DNA of 27,395 nucleotides from a virus (IMGVR_UViG_3300027770_000034); one strand, 5' to 3'. Shown: positions 17,551 to 25,583, counted from the first letter of the stretch. The notes: generated by a model not told the origin, from the sequence alone. Numbers and translations are program-made.

Positions 17551-17593
17551 CAAAATAGTAAAACCCTAATGTAAAAAAAATAAAACCATAATG

Positions 17594-17926
17594 TTAAACT
17601 GCAAAGGAAGAACCGCAGCCACATTCGCGACTCGCATTAGGATTTCCCCACTGAAATCCTTTTCCATTTAATCCATCTGAGTAATCTAACTCAGTACCGT
17701 AAAGATATAATACAGATTTTCTATCAATGACAACTTTAAGTCCGCCATCAATTTCAACGGTTTCATCTGTAGATTCAATTGTATTGTCAAAGTCCATAAC
17801 ATAGGATAATCCACTACATCCTCCTCCTTTTACGCCAACGCGTAAGTGGTGAGAGTCTGGTGTTATGTTAGACTCCATCATTAAACTTATAACGTGTTGT
17901 AATGCCTTTTCTGAAACCGTAATCAT
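17594..17926 (-). CDS. iscA: A-type Fe-S cluster carrier (IscA/HesB family)
   Basis: LRVGVKGGGCSGLSY and NPNA..CGCGSSF; three conserved Cys. Confidence 0.95.
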   Translation of the reverse strand: MITVSEKALQHVISLMMESNITPDSHHLRVGVKGGGCSGLSYVMDFDNTIESTDETVEIDGGLKVVIDRKSVLYLYGTELDYSDGLNGKGFQWGNPNASRECGCGSSFAV

Positions 17927-18234
17927 TAGTTATATGTTAAACCAAAAAATTTATAATTTTTATGAACTGAGATTTCATCACCTGCTTTTATTGCTAAATC
18001 CTCATCTTCGTAAATTGCGTTAACGGGACATTCAGGTTCACACGCACCACAATTGATACAAACATCAGGATTGATATACATTTGACCACCTGGGAACGAT
18101 GCTCTACCATCTCTTTCAATTTCGCCACCAGAACCTTCAATATCAATAGGTCCGTGAATACAATCTACAGGACATACACTTGCACAAGCGGTGTCCATAC
18201 AATCAACACAACTCTTTCCAATAATATAACTCAT
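17926..18234 (-). CDS. bacterial dicluster ferredoxin, probably 7Fe/FdxA-like
   Basis: CVDCMDTACASVCPVDC and CINCGACEPECP cluster-binding motifs. Confidence 0.9.
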   Translation of the reverse strand: MSYIIGKSCVDCMDTACASVCPVDCIHGPIDIEGSGGEIERDGRASFPGGQMYINPDVCINCGACEPECPVNAIYEDEDLAIKAGDEISVHKNYKFFGLTYN

Positions 18235-18251
18235 ACTTTATTTTTTTGTTT

Positions 18252-18662
18252 TTATACGTGTGAAGCATCAAAGATTAATTCTTCTAATCCTTGTTTCTTT
18301 CTATAATCATTTATTGCGGATTTAATGGCATCCTCCGCTAAAACACTACAATGGATTTTAACGGGTGGTAGGTTTAATTCTTCTACCAATTCCATATTGT
18401 CCATTTTAATTGCTTCGTCTAACGTCATACCTTTCAACCACTCCGTTGCTAACGAAGATGCGGCAATCGCGCTTCCACAACCAAATGTTTTGAATTTTGC
18501 GTCGGTTATAATATTGTCGTTTACTTCAATTTGAAGTCTCATCACATCGCCACATTCTGGTGCTCCAACTAATCCTGTGCCAACGTTTGATTTTGATTTA
18601 TCTAATGTCCCAACATTTTTTGGGTTTGAGTAATGGTCAATGACCTTATCTGAATATGCCAT
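18252..18662 (-). CDS. iscU: Fe-S cluster scaffold IscU
   Basis: YSDKVIDHY.NPKNVG, GAPECGD, FKTFGCGSAIA and LPPVKIHCSVLAEDAIK. Confidence 0.95.
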   Translation of the reverse strand: MAYSDKVIDHYSNPKNVGTLDKSKSNVGTGLVGAPECGDVMRLQIEVNDNIITDAKFKTFGCGSAIAASSLATEWLKGMTLDEAIKMDNMELVEELNLPPVKIHCSVLAEDAIKSAINDYRKKQGLEELIFDASHV

Positions 18663-18665
18663 ATT

Positions 18666-19562
18666 TTAAAAATTAAATCCTAATCCTAAATATAAATCCT
18701 TTCTAAAGGGGTCATAATCTGCGGATAATGACCATGATTTATAATCATGAGTTAAACCAACACTCATTGTAGCAAAATCATCAGCAAAGTTCTTGAAAGA
18801 ATATCTTCCATTGTTTGATAAAATGTAGGTACCATCAAAATATTGGTATTTTTCGTTTTCGTATCCAAAACCAAATGAAATGTTAGCTCCAAAGTTTTTA
18901 AATTCTTTACCAAGACCTAAATACATAGACCACTCGTCTCTGATGTCATTTAATTTGTAATTTTGAGAAGGGTTATTTAATAACCAAGGTCTAACAACAT
19001 CCATGGTTATGTTTGTATAGAAAGTTGATTGGTCGGCATATACTGTTTTGTTGAAAGATGCTTTAAAATAAACATCTCGACCCACGGTAAACCATCCACC
19101 AATTTTATTTTTGTTTGAAAGGTTTAAACCAACTCTAATTTTATTTTGTTTACTGTATATAGTGTCTTGAGTGTTGTCAAGTTTATAATAAACTCTTGCA
19201 GGTGCTCTATAACCAAATCTGTCAAAATAATAGAAGTCATAATAACTTCTGTATTGAAAAGGCGCTCCCCATCTATTCCATCTATTATAATAAGGTGTGT
19301 TATAATTATAAGGATTTCTTGGACCAATATTATAATTTGGTGTTGTACCTAAATTATAATTTCGTGTATTATTTTCAGTTCTAATTTGAGTTTTTTGTTG
19401 ATACTCATTTGGACGAGAAATTGGTGATGAAGTTTGAGGCTGGGATTGTGGTTGGGATTGTGGTTGAGTACCCCCACTTCTGATGACTTCTTTTTGTTGT
19501 CTTTCAGTTTGTCCTAATATTACCATTGGTAATAAAAGAAGAATTAATATTATTTTTTTCAT
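18666..19562 (-). CDS. secreted protein, putative outer-membrane beta-barrel
   Basis: Signal peptide MKKIILILLLLPMVILG|Q; low-complexity Q/P/N/Y N-region; alternating hydrophobic/Gly strands; ends YLGLGFNF with terminal Phe. Confidence 0.6.
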   Translation of the reverse strand: MKKIILILLLLPMVILGQTERQQKEVIRSGGTQPQSQPQSQPQTSSPISRPNEYQQKTQIRTENNTRNYNLGTTPNYNIGPRNPYNYNTPYYNRWNRWGAPFQYRSYYDFYYFDRFGYRAPARVYYKLDNTQDTIYSKQNKIRVGLNLSNKNKIGGWFTVGRDVYFKASFNKTVYADQSTFYTNITMDVVRPWLLNNPSQNYKLNDIRDEWSMYLGLGKEFKNFGANISFGFGYENEKYQYFDGTYILSNNGRYSFKNFADDFATMSVGLTHDYKSWSLSADYDPFRKDLYLGLGFNF

Positions 19563-19577
19563 AAGTGTTTATTTAAC

Positions 19578-19589
19578 TATTTATAAATA
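19578..19589. promoter_or_regulatory. palindromic double box TATTTATAAATA between divergent genes
   Basis: Supplies TATTTATA on both strands, 15 nt from the + ATG (19601) and 19 nt from the - ATG (19562). Confidence 0.65.
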
Positions 19590-19600
19590 TAGTAAAAATA

Positions 19601-19885
19601 ATGCGTAAGATAATATTAACAGAATCTCAGATTAAAAAATTAACAGAACAAGGCTTAAATTCTGTTGCAATGGACTTAGATATCTACACACAACCAACTC
19701 AAATAGATACAAATAATGGAAATTTGGATGTGGAAGAGACAATTGAAAATATAATTACAAAATTAGAAGAAGTTTTATCTATGTTTAAAACAGGGAAAAA
19801 AGTACACCCTGAATTAAAAAATAGATTTTTTGGTATTTTAGATAGTATTAATTCAAATTTTGAAAATATTAAATACGAAGACTAA
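19601..19885 (+). CDS. LTE-leader hypothetical protein
   Basis: MRKIILTESQIKKLTEQ. Confidence 0.8.
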   Translation: MRKIILTESQIKKLTEQGLNSVAMDLDIYTQPTQIDTNNGNLDVEETIENIITKLEEVLSMFKTGKKVHPELKNRFFGILDSINSNFENIKYED

Positions 19886-19926
19886 TTTACAATTAAAAAT
19901 TATTACCTAAATTAAAAGAAAAAATC

Positions 19927-20121
19927 ATGCAAAGATTAACAACAGAACAAAAAGCACAAGCCTATAATAGACTATTAAGTCAATTTCAAAGACTTCAAGA
20001 ACAAGTCAGATTGATTCAGGCAGAAAATATTGAGGTTTCAGCTCAAGACCAAAAAAAGATTGACCAACTAAGAATGGAAATGAAAAGATTGGAAATGGAA
20101 ACCAAAAAATTATATCTCTAA
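19927..20121 (+). CDS. small coiled-coil protein
   Basis: 64-aa Q/E/K/R-rich helical sequence followed by a terminator. Confidence 0.7.
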   Translation: MQRLTTEQKAQAYNRLLSQFQRLQEQVRLIQAENIEVSAQDQKKIDQLRMEMKRLEMETKKLYL

Positions 20122-20128
20122 ATTATTT

Positions 20129-20154
20129 AACCCCTTCTAATAGGGGTTTTTTTT
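20129..20154 (+). terminator. intrinsic terminator
   Basis: AACCCCT-TCTAAT-AGGGGTT followed by a long T tract. Confidence 0.8.
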
Positions 20155-20157
20155 GAT

Positions 20158-20277
20158 ATGAATGTGAAGAAAATTATAGAAAAGTTTCTAACAAAACATA
20201 AAATCAGTAAGCTTGATATAGTCTTATTGATAAGTACAATTACATTAATATGTCTACTATTTGGTGTAAAATTCTAA
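20158..20277 (+). CDS. 39-aa membrane protein (not in the ORF track)
   Basis: MNVKKIIEKFLTKHKISKLDIVLLISTITLICLLFGVKF*; its stop overlaps the next ATG (TAATG). Confidence 0.55.
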   Translation: MNVKKIIEKFLTKHKISKLDIVLLISTITLICLLFGVKF

Positions 20278-20480
20278 TGAAAGTAAGAGGTTTATTTGTT
20301 AAAAGACCCTCAAGAAAATTAACTTGGACTCGTGAGGACTACGTCTTAGGAAAAAATTGGGCGAAGAGTCAACCTCATCCATTTATAAAAAACAAAACTC
20401 TTTGGGATTTATGTTATGACAAACAGGAGTCCACTTACACGATTGATAATTTAAATAAGTTTTTATTTAACGAAATTTAA
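20277..20480 (+). CDS. hypothetical protein
   Basis: Start moved to MKVRGLF at the TAATG coupling. Confidence 0.6.
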   Translation: MKVRGLFVKRPSRKLTWTREDYVLGKNWAKSQPHPFIKNKTLWDLCYDKQESTYTIDNLNKFLFNEI

Positions 20481-21114
20481 ATCCTGTAAGTTTTTCAATA
20501 TCTTTTTTATCAACTAGATTGTTATGAATACCATCTGGTTTGGAGGTGTCGTTGTTAAACAAAAATGACATCCATTCTTTTGTTTTTACAAAATATATTA
20601 CCTTCCAACATTGTGTCGGAACGGATACTTTTCCAATTTTTTTTGTAACTCCTATATTTCCACACCATACGTGAACTGAATCATCTTTCTTAGCCCACTC
20701 CCTTTCCATCGTCTCAACAGATTTCCAATCACCAGCATTTAAACTATGATATTGTGGTGACATGTTAGAAAAATAAAAACATTCATCTTGGATTGCAGAA
20801 GTTTGACATAAATTTTGAGCTGCTGGCATCATATGACCCCTATCGGTACCACTACCAACGTAATCTTTTGCTAAATCAGTTTCTAATGGTAATAATGGGT
20901 CTGGTTTGAAATTATCTTTTCTGGGCAATGGTTTTTCGCAATTTACCTTTGCTTTTGTAATCCACCACTCAACCATAACAGGGTAATATTTGGATTTTGA
21001 AAAGTGTGATGTATAATTTGTGTGTTTTAATACGACAACGTCTTGTGCTTGAGAGCTTATGCCTATTAGTATAATACTAAAAAGTATAAAAAGGTTCTTG
21101 GTAATTTTTTTCAT
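20467..21114 (-). CDS. secreted DNA/RNA non-specific endonuclease (NucA/Serratia-type His-Me finger)
   Basis: DRGH catalytic motif, FYFSNMSPQ..LNAGDW..VE; signal peptide ending SSQA|Q. Confidence 0.9.
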   Translation of the reverse strand: MKKITKNLFILFSIILIGISSQAQDVVVLKHTNYTSHFSKSKYYPVMVEWWITKAKVNCEKPLPRKDNFKPDPLLPLETDLAKDYVGSGTDRGHMMPAAQNLCQTSAIQDECFYFSNMSPQYHSLNAGDWKSVETMEREWAKKDDSVHVWCGNIGVTKKIGKVSVPTQCWKVIYFVKTKEWMSFLFNNDTSKPDGIHNNLVDKKDIEKLTGFKFR

Positions 21115-21150
21115 ATATTTTTTTAAATAAATAGATTATACTTGTAAAGT

Positions 21151-21864
21151 ATGAACATATCTCATAAGCATAAAACTATTTGGTGGGCACCCGAAAGGGC
21201 TGGAACAAAAATTACACGTAAAATCTTCTCAAATTATGATTTTTTGGTGTTTGACCCAAAAATCGGAGATGAGGTTTCAATAGAAACAAGATATACTAGT
21301 CATTTGAATGAGATACCTGAAAAATATACTGATTATAAATTGATTGGTAGTGTAAGAAACCCATATGACCGAGTGTTTTCAATTTTTCTATTAACAAGGT
21401 ATTCAGAAATTGTGGTTGAAAAAAATTCTCACAATGAAATTAGAAATAGTTTTAATAATTGGTTGTTGCATGCATTTAAAGGTGAAAAAACAATTGTTAC
21501 TCTTGATGATAACTACTCTGCTAAGGACATAAACTACAATTTTTTCTCAAAATGGACTTTTAATGGAAAAAAACCCGATTTTTTAATAAAAATGGAGACT
21601 TTGTTGGAAGATTTAGAAAAATTGGACTTTATTCAGTCAGACCCAAATTGGGATTCCTCCAAAATAAGTGAAATTCTTGAAAATAATGTATATAGAACAA
21701 ATAAACCCATAAGGTTTGATAATATGTATAACTTTCAAGGTGCTAAATTGATTTATTTCTATTTTAAATCTGTTTTTAACTTGGTACCTTATAATCCATT
21801 TTCATTTACAACTGAAAATTTATCAGAATCAGAAAAAATATCGTTTTTACATGATATTTTATAA
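21151..21864 (+). CDS. sulfotransferase-family-like protein
   Basis: N-terminal WWAPERAGT (5'-PSB-like) and VRNPYDRVFS (3'-PB-like) motifs. Confidence 0.65.
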   Translation: MNISHKHKTIWWAPERAGTKITRKIFSNYDFLVFDPKIGDEVSIETRYTSHLNEIPEKYTDYKLIGSVRNPYDRVFSIFLLTRYSEIVVEKNSHNEIRNSFNNWLLHAFKGEKTIVTLDDNYSAKDINYNFFSKWTFNGKKPDFLIKMETLLEDLEKLDFIQSDPNWDSSKISEILENNVYRTNKPIRFDNMYNFQGAKLIYFYFKSVFNLVPYNPFSFTTENLSESEKISFLHDIL

Positions 21865-21899
21865 TAAAGACAAATTAAAACTTCACTATATTTATTAAC

Positions 21900-22397
21900 A
21901 TGGGAAAAAGATTTGAAATAACAGAATCAGATAAGCAACAAATACAAAAAATGTATTTAATTGAGCAATCTGAACAAAAAGATGACAAAAAGTTTTGTCA
22001 TGGTGGAAATGTTAGGTCTTTAGAAGAAATCATGGGAGATGATGAAACTGAAGATTACATTGATGGAGTTCAATTGAGAAAAAATGGTGTTAACGGGTTA
22101 GTTGACAGACTTGAACTTTTAAAAACATCAAGACTACATCCAAAAATTTCTGATGGTGGTGAACATTTGGCTTATGGTCTTATGAACATGTTGAAAAATC
22201 ACAAACCATATCATTATTTTGATGAAACTAAAAAAGAATGTGGAACTGCAATGGATAAAATCATTGAGTTGTATAAAGAAAACGAACACGGAGAAGAATT
22301 GGTTAAAGATATAGAAAAAGTTTATGGTATGCAACATGTTGCTCCAAGAGCAAAAGAATTTTTAAAACATTCTCTCGGAATGATTAAAGGTCAATAA
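21900..22397 (+). CDS. ITE-leader hypothetical protein
   Basis: MGKRFEITESDKQQIQKMYLIEQ; TATTTATT at 21889-21896. Confidence 0.8.
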   Translation: MGKRFEITESDKQQIQKMYLIEQSEQKDDKKFCHGGNVRSLEEIMGDDETEDYIDGVQLRKNGVNGLVDRLELLKTSRLHPKISDGGEHLAYGLMNMLKNHKPYHYFDETKKECGTAMDKIIELYKENEHGEELVKDIEKVYGMQHVAPRAKEFLKHSLGMIKGQ

Positions 22398-22428
22398 TTT
22401 GAATTTTTAAAATTGATTCACTATACTT

Positions 22429-22452
22429 AAAGTCCCACATTGGGACTTTTTT
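22429..22452 (+). terminator. intrinsic terminator (perfect 9-bp stem)
   Basis: AAAGTCCCA-CAT-TGGGACTTT followed by Ts. Confidence 0.75.
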
Positions 22453-22456
22453 ATTT

Positions 22457-22843
22457 ATGTCAACTCAATCACATATAGACAAGGTTAATCTTCAACCAAT
22501 GAAGATGGAATATCCTGCACATGTTGGCGCCCCAAAGATTGAACCACAAGATTTAACGGCCTTTAAAAATCACGGTCTAAACAAAGTGGACCGAGTAATG
22601 AAGAAAAGATACGATGAGCTCGTTAAAGAGGTAGAAACCCTTCAAAATTCCATGATGATAAATCAACAGGTCTACGAGTCAAACTACAAATTTGAACCAA
22701 AAATTGGGGAAGTATATCACTTATACGAGGATTTTAATGGTGGTAAGACATTGTCTATCATTGGACCCACGGAATGGAATAAAAAACACTTATACTCGGT
22801 AGTCTTTAATTCAGATATGACATGGACAAAATTGCCAGAATAA
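22457..22843 (+). CDS. DUF2452-like protein
   Basis: YPAHVGAPKIEP and FEPKIGEVYHLYE..LSIIGPTEW resemble the DUF2452 family, from memory and not searched. Confidence 0.6.
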   Translation: MSTQSHIDKVNLQPMKMEYPAHVGAPKIEPQDLTAFKNHGLNKVDRVMKKRYDELVKEVETLQNSMMINQQVYESNYKFEPKIGEVYHLYEDFNGGKTLSIIGPTEWNKKHLYSVVFNSDMTWTKLPE

Positions 22844-23109
22844 AACGACTTGTTGAGTCTTCGTTGGACACCTCCTTCGGAGGGGAAATATCTATTGTGA
22901 GTATTCAGATACTTCCTACGCAAAAATATGACGAAGGGACAAAAGAATGGGTTCCTGATTCTCACTCCATTTTTTTAAACCTCAAAGACAAACGGAATTC
23001 AGAAAATAACCCTAATTATTATCACTTCGTTTCAGACCATCCATCGTACAAAGTTTCTAATCTATTGGAAAGCTTATTGGGTTTTGAGTGTTGTGTGGAT
23101 TTTGTGTAA
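22822..23109 (+). CDS. hypothetical protein
   Basis: 95-aa ORF overlapping the upstream gene, followed by a terminator. Confidence 0.65.
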   Translation: MDKIARIKRLVESSLDTSFGGEISIVSIQILPTQKYDEGTKEWVPDSHSIFLNLKDKRNSENNPNYYHFVSDHPSYKVSNLLESLLGFECCVDFV

Positions 23110-23117
23110 ATTCCTAG

Positions 23118-23139
23118 AACTAGTATTACTAGTTTTTTT
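23118..23139 (+). terminator. intrinsic terminator
   Basis: AACTAGT-ATT-ACTAGTT followed by Ts. Confidence 0.6.
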
Positions 23140-23255
23140 ACTTTTACTCTTTTTTTAATATTATATTATTATTCTATAAGAATAATAATTATTGCCCTTC
23201 CGACCAAACGACAAATTTTTATAAATAAAGTTATATTTATCACTTAAAGATTATT

Positions 23256-23558
23256 ATGCAACAAGAATCAATTTGGACAGTCTTAATAACAGTGGTTGGT
23301 GTTTTAGGTTCGGCAAGTGCGTGGAGATTTTACGAAAAAAGGTCCATGAGAAAAGAAAGAGATGAAGAATTTATTCGTCACGATTGTAAAGATAGAATTT
23401 CTAAATTAGAAATTTTATTGGAAAATTCATCTAAAGAAAAAGATGAAATGAGGTCAACAATATTAAAATTAACAGAACAAGTTGCGGCACTTGCGGTCAA
23501 AGTTGAATATCTACAAAAGGAAAATGCTGAATTATACAAAACTATGAATAAGGGGTAA
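23256..23558 (+). CDS. single-TM coiled-coil protein, holin-like candidate
   Basis: Hydrophobic residues about 6-25 then a long heptad coil; TATTTATC at 23234-23241. Confidence 0.55.
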   Translation: MQQESIWTVLITVVGVLGSASAWRFYEKRSMRKERDEEFIRHDCKDRISKLEILLENSSKEKDEMRSTILKLTEQVAALAVKVEYLQKENAELYKTMNKG

Positions 23559-23559
23559 T

Positions 23560-24816
23560 ATGAAAAAAATAATTAAATTAACGGAGTCCGATTTAGAAAA
23601 AATTGTTAATAAAATAATAATTGAGCAAGGAAATATGTATGGAACTGCTGGAGTTGGGATGACAAGTCCATTTATGGATTGGAAAAGTTATAGTGATAGT
23701 CGTAAACAACCAGTAAACAAAAACATAAATCCTAAAGGGTTAAAATTAGGTGATGGGGGTAATAAAAACCCTCAAAAAATTGAAGATGTAAAAAAACTAC
23801 AACAAAAATTGATGGACCTTGGATATTTGGTGACAAATACAATGATTCCTTCAGGATATTTCGGAAGTTTGACTAATAATGCATTGAAAGCGTTTTATTC
23901 GGGGGCAGAGCCCACAAACAAGAAAAAACAAACATCAGGTAAAGAAGTTGTTGGAACACAATCTAAAAAAACAACAGGTAAAGTTGATACGAATAAAAAA
24001 ATAACGGATTTCAAAGACTTAAAAGTTTCAAATCAAGTCAAAGCTCAGTTAAATTATATGAAATCCAATAATCTTCTAAATGCAGAGAAATTCACAATTT
24101 TGGATGATAAAAATTCACAAGTACACGCATTCTTACCAGGGTACAAACTATCCCGTACTTATTATGTTATTACTGGTAAAAATAAAGGGGACCAATTAAA
24201 AACTCAAACAATGACTGATTGGGCGATGAAAAATTGGACTGACGTAGGGGCAAAGTTTTTTAGTTCAATTTTTAATCAAACTAAGAACTTAGCTACAACA
24301 GGTAACGCTAAAAATCCTTTAAATGATGTTGCTAATTATATTGACGGTTGTTATTTTAATCAAAAAGAATGGAATTTAAAAAATACCCCATCTGGCGTGT
24401 TTAAAAGGGCTGGTAATATTAAAAACTTTATGAACGATTTATTAGCCACTACATTTGTTGAGGAAGATTACGGTGCTAGATTTGTTACGTGGGAAACATG
24501 TGATGGTACTACAATACCTTTTGGATTTCATGGTACCAAATCAGAGGGAAGAATAAAAAATCTTCCTGGAGGAGAAAATTTCTCAAAAAAACAATGTACT
24601 AAAAGAAAAATGAGTTTTGGGTGTATAAACTTTGGTGATGCCGATGTTAAAGAAATAAGTTCATTTATTACAGAAGGACAATTGAGTATTTGGTTACCTG
24701 ATGCATCAGATAACATTGTTGAAATTCCGAGTACTTGTGTGTCAGGGTCAGGTCCACAAAAATCTATTATGTCTTATGACTATATGACACAAAAGTATGG
24801 GAAAGGATTTAAGTAA
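23560..24816 (+). CDS. LTE-leader protein with a peptidoglycan-binding domain and a YkuD/L,D-transpeptidase-like domain
   Basis: LKLGD..EDVKKLQQKLMDLGY..GYFGSLT.NAL (PG-binding type 1); VITGK, TPSGVF, GFHGT..SFGCIN (His/Cys catalytic pair). Confidence 0.75.
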   Translation: MKKIIKLTESDLEKIVNKIIIEQGNMYGTAGVGMTSPFMDWKSYSDSRKQPVNKNINPKGLKLGDGGNKNPQKIEDVKKLQQKLMDLGYLVTNTMIPSGYFGSLTNNALKAFYSGAEPTNKKKQTSGKEVVGTQSKKTTGKVDTNKKITDFKDLKVSNQVKAQLNYMKSNNLLNAEKFTILDDKNSQVHAFLPGYKLSRTYYVITGKNKGDQLKTQTMTDWAMKNWTDVGAKFFSSIFNQTKNLATTGNAKNPLNDVANYIDGCYFNQKEWNLKNTPSGVFKRAGNIKNFMNDLLATTFVEEDYGARFVTWETCDGTTIPFGFHGTKSEGRIKNLPGGENFSKKQCTKRKMSFGCINFGDADVKEISSFITEGQLSIWLPDASDNIVEIPSTCVSGSGPQKSIMSYDYMTQKYGKGFK

Positions 24817-24821
24817 AAAAA

Positions 24822-25259
24822 TTATTTATTATATCTTTTCTTATATCCTCTTGTGTCAATGTGTATCATGTGCCTTGTAAAATATCCTTTGGTTGTATAA
24901 GTACCTAAAGCACCAACCAAATCAGGGTCAGTTGATTCAACATATTTATTTGCCGACTCAAAAATTTTAATATCTTTTGAATTAAAAATTCCATCACCGT
25001 TTAAGTCAATAACATAAATGTCAATTGCTTCTCCTATAATATGATAAGAATCTTTGGCAGAATTAGATAATAAACTATTATACCATGAATGTCTTTTACC
25101 ACTAATTATGAACCAATTGTTATTATAACCCCTTTTAGAAATTTCATTTTCAATCAATTTTAATTTATAATTTACTTGAGAATTCCCTGGTAAAAAGAAT
25201 AAAATCTTAATTAAAATAAAAATAACAACGGTAATTAATACTTTTGTAATGGTTTTCAT
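24822..25259 (-). CDS. membrane-anchored M15-family (YcbK-like) zinc peptidase
   Basis: N-terminal TM; SGKR, SYHIIGEAID and HIDTRG give His/Asp/His zinc ligands. Confidence 0.75.
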   Translation of the reverse strand: MKTITKVLITVVIFILIKILFFLPGNSQVNYKLKLIENEISKRGYNNNWFIISGKRHSWYNSLLSNSAKDSYHIIGEAIDIYVIDLNGDGIFNSKDIKIFESANKYVESTDPDLVGALGTYTTKGYFTRHMIHIDTRGYKKRYNK

Positions 25260-25273
25260 ATCTGTAATTTTTA

Positions 25274-25307
25274 CAAAGATAGGGAAATATTTTGATTAAA
25301 CATCAAA
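25274..25307 (-). promoter_or_regulatory. Bacteroidota-type promoter for the M15 peptidase gene
   Basis: Minus strand TTTG (25307-25304), 22-nt spacer, TATCTTTG (25281-25274). Confidence 0.5.
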
Positions 25308-25583
25308 CCTTACATAAGTTTTTACTGAACATTCAGGAAAAAAATAGACCATAGCATCTTGAATCAATACATCGGCAAGAGCCCTATCCATATGTTCTTC
25401 AGTAATTAAGTCACCAAGAACAATGACGGCTTCCATGAAAATACTTTGTTGTGTTACTGAGAAATTCAGATTGTGGATTTTGATACGAGAACCTTTACCA
25501 TACATTTCTTGTACTGATTTACCTTGATAATCATTAATGTACAATTCAATTAGGCGATAGAGTCTTCGTTTCTTATCTGACAT
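25296..25583 (-). CDS. hypothetical protein
   Basis: 95-aa ORF, co-oriented with its neighbours. Confidence 0.7.
   Translation of the reverse strand: MSDKKRRLYRLIELYINDYQGKSVQEMYGKGSRIKIHNLNFSVTQQSIFMEAVIVLGDLITEEHMDRALADVLIQDAMVYFFPECSVKTYVRFDV

Noticed and set aside
16871-17572. Imperfect inverted repeat TTAGGGTTT(T)AC flanking the HNH gene (about 16873-16883 and 17558-17569)
   Set aside because: Only about 11 bp, the left copy lies inside a plausible small ORF, there is no target duplication or transposase, and no split exon suggests an intron.
18214-18234. Ferredoxin N-terminus MSYIIG resembling the MKYIITE leader
   Set aside because: Bacterial ferredoxins natively begin with a similar strand before the first Cys; it lacks the TE and the following helix.
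3911-19464. Short tandem repeats: Pro-Thr codons at 3911-3970 and the 12-bp QPQS repeat at 19441-19464
   Set aside because: Ordinary low-complexity protein linkers.
112-24716. Opposite-strand or nested ORFs in the track (e.g. 112..357, 358..657, 918..1154, 1615..2102, 7491..7718, 8248..8508, 12367..12618, 13919..14416, 18082..18534, 19124..19384, 22134..22337, 24528..24716)
   Set aside because: They overlap better-supported genes, have the Phe/Leu/Ile/Ser-rich composition of antisense shadows, and lack promoter or start context.
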